A stretch of DNA of 64,000 nt from an uncultured Gammaproteobacteria bacterium (GTDB lineage Bacteria; Patescibacteriota; Microgenomatia; Daviesbacterales; UBA10151): the NCBI GenBank assembly GCA_964640215.1, contig CAZXEW010000033.1:2382-66381 (forward strand). The letters run 5' to 3'. Positions within the stretch are counted from its first letter, which is position 1. Each line of letters opens with the position of its first letter. Below are positions 1 through 9,519 of this stretch, one piece after another. A program made the translations under genes and the position numbers. The notes under the pieces are model-generated. The model worked only from the letters and a program-made list of their open reading frames with translations. It did no database searches and was not told where the DNA came from.

Positions 1-2173
1 TATGGACTTCTTCATCGGGATTGACGACGTTGCCTCTGGATTTGCTCATCTTGTTGCCATCCGGCCCGAGCACTATTCCGTGACCGACACGCTTGCTGGC
101 AAACTCTTCAAGATCAGTCATGCCTAAATCATGGAAAAATTTTGTCAAAAACCGGGCGTAAAGAGTGTGGCCTAAGGTGTGTTCGGCGCCGCCAAAATAG
201 ATATCGACGGGTAGCATTTTGCTGGCTAGCTTAGCCTCGAATGGGCCGGAATCGAGTTTGGGATCGAGGTAACGGAAAAAATACCATGACGAATCGACAA
301 AAGTATCCATGGTTTCAGCCTCACGTTCGGCTTCGCCTCCACAGTTGGGACACTTGACCTTGAGCCAGGCTTCGTCGGTGGCTAGAGGCGGCTTGCCCTT
401 GGGCGTAAAATCGACTTCGTAAGGCAACTCGACTGGTAGATCTTTAGACGGCACAGGCACAACGCCGCATTTCGGACAGTTGATGACCGGAATTGGTGTC
501 CCCCAATAGCGCTGTCGGCCGATCGACCAGTCGTGAAGGTGATATTGGATCTTTTCCCTGGCCCAGCCTTGTTTGATCAGATAATCGATGATTGCTTGTT
601 TGCCCTCACCCGGAGTCTTTTGGCCGTCAAATTGATCAGAATTGATTAAAATCCCTTCTTCAAGCACGACCAAATTACGATAAAAGTCGACATCTTCGAC
701 CATGAACCAACTACTACTCTGGCTTTGAGTTTCTTCGTTAAATTCCGCAGCTAATTTATCTACTTCCTGATCAGTTTCAGGGGTCAGAGGGAGATGTTTA
801 AAGGTGCCATCTTTGAATTTAAATAGAAAAACAGTTTCGCGGCCGACGTATTCGTTCCAGAAGCCTGGAGTTAATTTTTGTTCGATTAGCTGTTCGTATT
901 TAGGCAGAGATTGGTTAGGAATTTCGAGTAAACGGACATTTTCTTTGGTGCTGGTAATTTTGACTCCAACGTAGATCAGATCCTGGTCGGAGATTTGGTC
1001 GGCTCCCATCAAATAGCTTCGAGAATGCTGGTTGTCCGGTGATATCACCTGTATAACCGGCAGCTGGTATTTTTTGGCGAAGGCGAAGTCGCGGTGGTCG
1101 GAGCCGGGAACGCCCATAACTACACCGGTGCCGTAGGAGCCGATGACGTAATCTGCCACCCAGACCGGGACTTTGGTGTCATTGACGGGATTTGTGACGT
1201 ACGAACCGGTAAAAACGCCGGTTTTATCCTTTTCCAGGGCTTTGCGTTCTATCTCAGATTTATGTCCAGCTTTGGTAATATAATCCTTGACTTCGGAGGC
1301 CTGTTCCGGTGTGGTCAGGGAGCCGACTAGTGGATGTTCAGGAGCGATAACCAGGTAAGTAACCCCGTAGATAGTTTCGGGGAAGACAGTGTAGACGGTC
1401 AGATTCAAAGAGGATTCTGCCCTTACAGGATCTTCGAGATGCGCAGGCTTACCAGAATGACTGTTGTTGGCGATTGGGAAATCGATCTCGAGGCCTTGGG
1501 AGCGGCCGATCCAGTTGTTTTGGCCTTCACGAACGGATTTAGGCCAGTCAACCGATGGGTTTTCCGGCCAGATTAGGCGATCGGCATAGTCTGTGATTTT
1601 AAGAAACCACTGTTCGACCTCTTTTTGAACTACTTCACTGCCGCAGCGCCAGCATTTTCCAGCTTCAACCCCCTCATTGGCCAAGACAGTCTGGCAGCTC
1701 GGACACCAGTTAGAAATGGCTTTTCCCTTGTAAGCTAAACCCCGTTCCAGCATTTTCAAAAAAATCCATTGATTCCACTGATAATAGTCCAAATTACAGG
1801 TAATAACCTCATGATCAAAGCTAAAAGAAGCTCCTAACATCTCATATTGACGTTTCATAGATTTGATATTTGACAGGGTCCAATCGCGAGGGTGAGTACC
1901 ATGTTTGATGGCGGCGTTTTCGGCCGGCAGGCCGAAAGCATCAAAACCGTTCGGAAAAAAGACGCTATAGCCCTGCATCCTCTTATAGCGGGCATAGATG
2001 TCAGCCGGAGTCCAGGTAAACCAATGGCCCATATGGAGGTCTCCTGAAGGATAGGCAAACTCGACCAGGACATAGCACTTTTTGTCGCCGGATAGTTCGG
2101 TCGCGTACAGATTATCACTGGCCCATTTCTGCTGCCATTTGGCTTCGATTTGTGAGGGTTGATACTTTTTCAT
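1..2173 (-). CDS. leuS: leucyl-tRNA synthetase, N-terminal ~724 codons (3' end beyond window start)
   Basis: Reverse-strand translation from the ATG complementary to 2171..2173 reads MKKYQPSQIEAKWQQKWA...; class I HMGH motif (GDLHMGHW); CP1 editing-domain block (TVYTVFPET...GTGVVMGVPGSDHRDFAFAKKYQLPV); KMSKS motif (GNKMSKSRGN) near the window edge. The ORF runs off the window, so it is absent from the complete-ORF track. Confidence 0.9.
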   Translation of the reverse strand, partial: MKKYQPSQIEAKWQQKWASDNLYATELSGDKKCYVLVEFAYPSGDLHMGHWFTWTPADIYARYKRMQGYSVFFPNGFDAFGLPAENAAIKHGTHPRDWTLSNIKSMKRQYEMLGASFSFDHEVITCNLDYYQWNQWIFLKMLERGLAYKGKAISNWCPSCQTVLANEGVEAGKCWRCGSEVVQKEVEQWFLKITDYADRLIWPENPSVDWPKSVREGQNNWIGRSQGLEIDFPIANNSHSGKPAHLEDPVRAESSLNLTVYTVFPETIYGVTYLVIAPEHPLVGSLTTPEQASEVKDYITKAGHKSEIERKALEKDKTGVFTGSYVTNPVNDTKVPVWVADYVIGSYGTGVVMGVPGSDHRDFAFAKKYQLPVIQVISPDNQHSRSYLMGADQISDQDLIYVGVKITSTKENVRLLEIPNQSLPKYEQLIEQKLTPGFWNEYVGRETVFLFKFKDGTFKHLPLTPETDQEVDKLAAEFNEETQSQSSSWFMVEDVDFYRNLVVLEEGILINSDQFDGQKTPGEGKQAIIDYLIKQGWAREKIQYHLHDWSIGRQRYWGTPIPVINCPKCGVVPVPSKDLPVELPYEVDFTPKGKPPLATDEAWLKVKCPNCGGEAEREAETMDTFVDSSWYFFRYLDPKLDSGPFEAKLASKMLPVDIYFGGAEHTLGHTLYARFLTKFFHDLGMTDLEEFASKRVGHGIVLGPDGNKMSKSRGNVVNPDEEVH

Positions 2174-2260
2174 TCAGGCTAATTTTAGCATAAAGATGGC
2201 CTGGAGAATAGAACGCTTTGTTGAATAAAGTGGGCAAGTTAAATACAATCGGGATAGTAG

Positions 2261-3064
2261 ATGTTTAAGAAACTGCTCTTTTTAGTATTTATTGTGCTGA
2301 TTGGTCAATCTTTTTTGACGTCGCTTGCCTTTGCCCAAGGCTACAACGTGGCTTCAATGTATGAACTGGCTGATAAGGATGCCAAAAACGGCGACATTAT
2401 CGTTAATGGCGGTACCAGCGGGCTGATCCGGACTGATATCCCCTATGACGGTCGGGTTTTCGGGATAGTTCAAGATACGCCATTGCTGGTTCTGCGCGAG
2501 GCCAGTGGCTCGGGCCGGCCGGTCATCCGCCTCGGCGATACGGTTGTGAATGTGACGGATTATAATGGGGTGATCAAAAAAGGTGATTTGATTACCAGTG
2601 CACCGGCTAATGGTTTGGGTATGAAAGCTACCCAATCGGGTTATGCAGTTGGGATTGCGCTGGCAGACGCGGATTTGAGCGCAGCTACAGTGACGATTAA
2701 TGGTAAGAGTTACAAAACAGGCTCGGTTAATACCGCCCTTCAGATTGAATATGCCGAAATCAATACCTCCAGAAATACTATCCGCTTGCTGGAAGAGTTA
2801 AACGCAGCCTTGTTCAGTAGTGTCAAAAACCCGGAAAAAGCAGTCCTAGTGATCCGTTATTTGATCGGCGGATTGATCGCGATGCTGGCGTTTGTGATTG
2901 GGTTTTACTCGGTGACCCGCTCGATCGGCAATGCGGTCGAGGCGATCGGCCGCAATCCCTTAGCCCGGCGAACTATTTTGATCTCAATCGGTCTCCAAAT
3001 TCTGATCACTGCGGCGGTGGCGATCGCTACCATCGTGATTATTTTCATCATCATCCGGGTTTGA
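2261..3064 (+). CDS. secreted/membrane protein: signal peptide plus ~190-aa extracytoplasmic domain fused to a C-terminal two-helix hairpin resembling F-type ATP synthase subunit c, without the conserved carboxylate
   Basis: N-terminus MFKKLLFLVFIVLIGQSFLTSLAFAQG has the shape of a signal peptide. C-terminal 75 aa (LIGGLIAMLAFVIGFYSVTRSIGNAVEAIGRNPLARRTILISIGLQILITAAVAIATIVIIFIIIRV) shows helix - EAIGRNPLARR loop - helix, which resembles the c-subunit ...EGIARQPE... polar loop. Helix 2 contains no D/E. Confidence 0.5.
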   Translation: MFKKLLFLVFIVLIGQSFLTSLAFAQGYNVASMYELADKDAKNGDIIVNGGTSGLIRTDIPYDGRVFGIVQDTPLLVLREASGSGRPVIRLGDTVVNVTDYNGVIKKGDLITSAPANGLGMKATQSGYAVGIALADADLSAATVTINGKSYKTGSVNTALQIEYAEINTSRNTIRLLEELNAALFSSVKNPEKAVLVIRYLIGGLIAMLAFVIGFYSVTRSIGNAVEAIGRNPLARRTILISIGLQILITAAVAIATIVIIFIIIRV

Positions 3065-3081
3065 TTGCGAAGAAAGTCGGG

Positions 3082-3432
3082 TTAGACAAACAAATCACGA
3101 ACACTTTTTAAAATCATATTCTTAACGGATGGGGTTAATTGTCCGACTACATTTCTAATAATAGTTTCGTCGGCTGTAAACAATTTATCCGGTCGTGCGT
3201 AGCTGGTAACGGGTAGCTTGCCCTCGGAAAAATCTTTGGATTCAAGACGAATAGCTGTTTTGCTGGTATACGGCTTTGAGGTGATTTGGCATAGAATGAG
3301 ATTATTAAACTCAACGTTTGCCAGAACTAAAGCCGGACGAACTTTTTGGCCGGCTAAATTTGAAAAAGGAAAAGTAACTAAAATAATGCTGCCTACTCGA
3401 AGCGAAGCCCTGCTTACTGTAGGCTTACCCAT
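3082..3432 (-). CDS. mazF: MazF/PemK-family type II toxin (endoribonuclease)
   Basis: 116 aa; N-terminal GSIILVTFPFSN...GQKVRPALVL matches the MazF/PemK signature (G-D/S-I-x-x-V-x-F-P ... RPALVLS); overlaps the upstream antitoxin gene by 19 nt. Confidence 0.75.
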   Translation of the reverse strand: MGKPTVSRASLRVGSIILVTFPFSNLAGQKVRPALVLANVEFNNLILCQITSKPYTSKTAIRLESKDFSEGKLPVTSYARPDKLFTADETIIRNVVGQLTPSVKNMILKSVRDLFV

Positions 3433-3653
3433 GCTTCATCCTCTTCGGGCCTATTCCAGTCGGTTGCCAGTGTCTTTTCTGTCAGTAATATTGTATCTGG
3501 TACCCCCTGAACAGTTACAACTGCTGGAACAATTCTGATCTCACCTTTCTTGACCTGCAATTCAACCTGTTCGCCAAGACCACTTTCGATAAGAAGAGGC
3601 TTGGGTATCCGTATTCCACGAGAATTTCCAATCTCAATAATTGTGGTGATCAT
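3414..3653 (-). CDS. mazE: AbrB/MazE (SpoVT-AbrB fold) antitoxin
   Basis: 79 aa; IEIGNSRGIRIPKPLLIESGL is the swapped-hairpin SpoVT/AbrB motif; lies immediately upstream of and overlaps the MazF-like gene on the same strand (canonical antitoxin-toxin order). Confidence 0.7.
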   Translation of the reverse strand: MITTIIEIGNSRGIRIPKPLLIESGLGEQVELQVKKGEIRIVPAVVTVQGVPDTILLTEKTLATDWNRPEEDEAWVSLQ

Positions 3654-3782
3654 AGTAATTACATTATATCTACATTTACGATAATGTCAAGTAGTTAAAA
3701 TATTTTGATGGTGTTTGTTCATAGTGGAAGTATATCAAATTGGGGATGACAGGCGGGTGCGGATTTGGTATGTTTAAGTGGT

Positions 3783-4511
3783 ATGAGTGTTTATCTGCCC
3801 GTAGCGATTGGTCTGTGCCTAATTTTAGCTGGCGTAGTCTTTGTCTTATTAACCAGGCTGAAAACTTTGAACCAAGCGCTGCGTGATCTGAAGTCTCACC
3901 CATCTGACTGGGCCAGTCTACATAGTCAGGAATTGATTCAGGAAGCTTCCAAAAATGCCGACAGAATCACCACTCAGGCTGAGATGGATAGTTTGAAGCT
4001 AGTCACAGACAAAAAAATGGAGAGTGCTCTGTTTGATAAGCACTATCAGGAGAAGCTTGATTTACTGTCGACTCAACTGATCAATTCTGTCAATTCCAAC
4101 ATGCAGGCGATTTATCAAAAGATGAATGATGATATTTCCGAGATCCAAAGCCAGTACCAGAATCATGTTGCCACGCTTCAGAATCAGATGGTCGGAAGTC
4201 AGAAAAATATCGAAGAAGGTATGCGCACCAAAGTCAATGAGCTGCTATTTAAGTTTGAGGAGAATCTATCCAGCTTTTTGGCAAATTCTGAGCAAAAGAG
4301 TTTTGAATCGGTTAATTTGGAGTTGAAAGCGGCTAGACAATTAATCGAGAGCTATAAGGCCCAGCAGTTGAGTTTGGTTGATGAAAATATTGTGTCAGTG
4401 TTGGAGCGGACGCTGGATTTGGTGCTGAAGGAAAAGTTATCACTCCGAAATCAAGTCGATCTGGTCTATGAATCTTTGGAGAAGGCTAAGGTCGAGAAAT
4501 TCTTTAGCTAG
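3783..4511 (+). CDS. atpF: probable F-type ATP synthase subunit b (single N-terminal TM helix plus long coiled coil)
   Basis: One hydrophobic helix (VYLPVAIGLCLILAGVVFVLL) followed by ~200 aa of charged/heptad-like helix; sits directly upstream of the delta subunit as in canonical atp operons. The track ORF starts at a TTG (3765); the first ATG is at 3783. Longer than a typical b subunit. Confidence 0.5.
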   Translation: MSVYLPVAIGLCLILAGVVFVLLTRLKTLNQALRDLKSHPSDWASLHSQELIQEASKNADRITTQAEMDSLKLVTDKKMESALFDKHYQEKLDLLSTQLINSVNSNMQAIYQKMNDDISEIQSQYQNHVATLQNQMVGSQKNIEEGMRTKVNELLFKFEENLSSFLANSEQKSFESVNLELKAARQLIESYKAQQLSLVDENIVSVLERTLDLVLKEKLSLRNQVDLVYESLEKAKVEKFFS

Positions 4512-4532
4512 AGACTTGAGATTGCGATAAAT

Positions 4533-5096
4533 ATGGATCAAGAAAAAGAACCAGAATTGCAAGATAAACCGCTAGCGCTATTTTTGAGCGATACCTACAC
4601 CCGAAATCAGGCGACCAGGAGGTTTAGGTTGGTGAAAGATTTTGTCAATTATCAGGCTTTTGGCTCGACCAGCCAGGGCGGGTTAAATCAAGCGATTAAG
4701 TCTTTTAAAGCTGAGTATGTCAAGATTAATGAACGTTCTGAGACTGAGGAGGATATGTTGTTTTTGGATGGGTTAGGCGAGGCTTTTTTTCAAAGCTTTA
4801 AGATTAGTTCGCTGAAAGAGGATTTTGAACAGTTTGAAAAAGAGTTGGAGGCTACTAAACTAGTCATAGTTTATATTCCGTTTGAGATGCCGATTCAGGA
4901 GATTCGCAAACTTGGCGTTTGGTTAAAAAGTACTCTGGGGTTAGAGACTATTTTTGATCTTCGTTTCGATGGCAACTTAATCGGCGGCTGCGCTCTCTCC
5001 TATCGCGGAGTTTACAAAGATTTATCGCTCAAATCTAGGATTGAAGAACACAAAAAACAAGTCATCGATACTTTAATCAGCTTCAAAAGTAGATAG
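4533..5096 (+). CDS. atpH: F-type ATP synthase subunit delta (OSCP)
   Basis: 187 aa; C-terminal ...FDGNLIGGCALSYRGVYKDLSLKSRIEEHKKQV resembles the delta/OSCP C-terminal IGG...G...D.S motif; position between b and alpha. Confidence 0.7.
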   Translation: MDQEKEPELQDKPLALFLSDTYTRNQATRRFRLVKDFVNYQAFGSTSQGGLNQAIKSFKAEYVKINERSETEEDMLFLDGLGEAFFQSFKISSLKEDFEQFEKELEATKLVIVYIPFEMPIQEIRKLGVWLKSTLGLETIFDLRFDGNLIGGCALSYRGVYKDLSLKSRIEEHKKQVIDTLISFKSR

Positions 5097-5142
5097 TAGC
5101 TAGTGAGTAGTTTGTAGGTTGTAGGTGATAGTAGGAAAAAGA

Positions 5143-6657
5143 ATGGATAATAATGCAGGCAGACCAACACCAAAATTAGATAGTTCTACTGCCTCCACCG
5201 AGGTGGGATATGCCTCATCGATTAATGATTACATAGTTTGGATTAATGGTTTACCAAACGTCAAGATAAACGAGATCGTAACGACTAAAGCCGGCTCGCG
5301 GGCGATCGTGACGGCTATTTCCAATAATCAGGTCGAGGCGTTGATGCTGGATGATGTGGCGGTGGCACCGGAGGAGATGTTTAGGCGCAGCGGTAGTGTC
5401 TTTTCGATTGAGGTCGGTCAACACCTGCTTGGCCGAAGTATTAGTCCGCTGGGAGTACCGATTGACGGAAAGGGGCGGTTTACCAGTCCTGGCATAAGTT
5501 CGATGATTGAAAAGCCGGTCTTAGGCATTAAAGCTAGAGAAAAGATCACCCGACAATTCGAGACTGGAATTACACTGGTCGATATGTTGGTGCCGGTCTC
5601 TTATGGCCAGAGAGAGCTGCTAATCGGGGATGCGCGTTCCGGGAAGACCAGTCTTCTGATTGACATAATTATTAACCAGCGCTCGAAGAATCTGATTTGT
5701 ATTTATGCCATGATCGGTAAGCCAATCGTTGAGATTAAACGGCTGGCAGAAGTGTTGACTATTAACAAAGCTAAATCTTACTGTGTGATTGTGGCAGCAT
5801 CCTCGTCCGAGAGGGCGCCGTTAATTTTTCTGACTCCGGGTGTGGCAGTGGCGATTGCAGAATATTTTCAGAGTCAGGGCCAGGATGTGCTGTTGATATT
5901 AGACGATATGGGCCTGCATGCTAAGTATTACCGGGAGATTTCGTTGCTATCGGGAACGGCGCCAGGTCGGGAATCCTACCCCGGAGATATCTTTTATCAA
6001 CAAGCCAAATTAATCGAACGGGCCGGCAATTTCAATAAAAATTACCATGGTGGGTCAATTACTGCTTTACCGGTCATAGAGACGAATTTAGATGATTTTT
6101 CGGGCTTCATGCCGACTAATTTAATGGCGATGACCGATGGCCATTTGTTGTTTAGCTCTGCCCGGTATCATCAGGGTCATCGGCCATCGATTGACGTGGC
6201 GAAATCGGTATCGAGAGTTGGTCGCCAAACCCAATTATTAGCTCAAAAAGAACTGGCTGACCGAGTTAAAACTGTCTTGGCTGAAGCTGCTAAACTGGAA
6301 GCGTTTTCCAGGCTGGGCACTGAAGTCTCAGCGGTGACTTTGGCGAAGATTAAGCACGGAAAACAGATTGAGGCGATTTTGAGTCAACCGCCGTTGACAA
6401 AAATTCCGTTCGTAGTCCAGATGATTGTCCTGGGACTAACTTTCACCCCGTTATTTTCACAGCGTGATGTCGAGTTTGTGACTGTTAATATTGGGCGGAT
6501 TATCAATTATCTTCAAAGTTTCTTTGATCTTAGTAGTTTTAGTAAAAAAGTGGCTGGTTTTAAAAACGATCAGGAGTTTTTGAATAGTTTGAATGGTTTG
6601 ATTCCAGACATCGCAAAAATCTGCCAGGTGGATAAAAAACCACGAGGACTTAGTTAA
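5143..6657 (+). CDS. atpA: F-type ATP synthase subunit alpha
   Basis: P-loop GDARSGKTSLLIDIIINQ (alpha-type GDRQTGKT variant); overall alpha architecture. The ATG at 5143 is preceded by AGGAAAAAGA; the track ORF begins at an upstream GTG (5125). Confidence 0.9.
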   Translation: MDNNAGRPTPKLDSSTASTEVGYASSINDYIVWINGLPNVKINEIVTTKAGSRAIVTAISNNQVEALMLDDVAVAPEEMFRRSGSVFSIEVGQHLLGRSISPLGVPIDGKGRFTSPGISSMIEKPVLGIKAREKITRQFETGITLVDMLVPVSYGQRELLIGDARSGKTSLLIDIIINQRSKNLICIYAMIGKPIVEIKRLAEVLTINKAKSYCVIVAASSSERAPLIFLTPGVAVAIAEYFQSQGQDVLLILDDMGLHAKYYREISLLSGTAPGRESYPGDIFYQQAKLIERAGNFNKNYHGGSITALPVIETNLDDFSGFMPTNLMAMTDGHLLFSSARYHQGHRPSIDVAKSVSRVGRQTQLLAQKELADRVKTVLAEAAKLEAFSRLGTEVSAVTLAKIKHGKQIEAILSQPPLTKIPFVVQMIVLGLTFTPLFSQRDVEFVTVNIGRIINYLQSFFDLSSFSKKVAGFKNDQEFLNSLNGLIPDIAKICQVDKKPRGLS

Positions 6658-6732
6658 CAGGACCTAGGACTTAGTTGCATAAATTATTTCAATAACTAGG
6701 TCCTAAGTCCTAATAACTAATAACTAAATTAA

Positions 6733-8947
<2,215 letters not shown>

Positions 8948-8958
8948 AGGTTAGAAAA

Positions 8959-9234
8959 ATGAATGATTTATTAAATGTTCGGATCATCTCTCCTCGGGAA
9001 ATAATATATCAAGGTAGCGCATTGTCGGTATCGTCTAGAAATTCGAAGGGGAAGTTTGATATTTTGGCGCGTCATGCCAATTTTTTAACTATTATTGAGA
9101 ATCAGCCGGTCGAAATAATCAAAGAGGACCTCTCAACCCAAGTTTTTAATTTTAGTCAAGCCATTATTTATTCGGTTGGCAACCGCGTCTCGATTTACGC
9201 CGACCCGAAGACGATTGAGACAGGTGGTATGTAG
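8959..9234 (+). CDS. atpC: F-type ATP synthase subunit epsilon
   Basis: 91 aa; MNDLLNVRIISPREIIYQGSALSVSSRNSKGKFDILARHANFLTII matches the epsilon beta-sandwich N-terminal domain; last gene of the block. Confidence 0.8.
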   Translation: MNDLLNVRIISPREIIYQGSALSVSSRNSKGKFDILARHANFLTIIENQPVEIIKEDLSTQVFNFSQAIIYSVGNRVSIYADPKTIETGGM

Positions 9235-9289
9235 TTAGTAGTAAGTAGTTAGTAGTTAGTAGTTAGTAGTAAGTAGTATCTTGACAGAC
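9231..9289. repeat. GTAG-rich tandem microrepeat (AGTAGTTAGT / AGTAAGT units) right after the atpC stop
   Basis: gtagttagtagtaagtagttagtagttagtagttagtagtaagtagtatc read directly; stop codons in every frame. Confidence 0.6.
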
Positions 9290-9519
9290 AATTGCGGAAA
9301 ATATAAAGTCATTAATCAGGTGGTCTTTGGTGTCAGAGTACTTAACTAATTTCAATAATAAGTTAAGTAACGAAATTATCTTTATCAAGGTTTGGTTTTT
9401 GAGCTTTGAGAGTTTGTCCTAATGTTCATAATAAATGATGACAGGAACTTTGTTGTTTCTGTTTTATAGGATTAAATTTAAGAATTTTCGTTTACTTAAA
9501 ACTGTAAATTGAGATTGGT

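Noticed and set aside
1855-2118. 87-aa minus-strand ORF
   Set aside because: Out-of-frame ORF inside leuS; the leuS frame is continuous with clear HMGH/KMSKS motifs.
3218-3538. 106-aa plus-strand ORF across the mazEF locus
   Set aside because: It lies antisense to the mazF/mazE pair, which has strong family signatures; no recognizable motif.
5125-5142. Upstream extensions of several genes (atpA from GTG 5125, atpF from TTG 3765, SDR from 51934, GT2 to 56010, MTase to 22852, atpD from 7541)
   Set aside because: In each case an internal ATG with better context (RBS, or exact abutment/ATGA overlap with the upstream stop) gives a canonical N-terminus. The long forms would overlap neighbours by 20-120 nt.
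9231-9289. Tandem repeats considered as a CRISPR array
   Set aside because: Units are only 8-10 nt with no unique spacers and the total length is under 60 nt; this is a microsatellite-like TAG-rich spacer.
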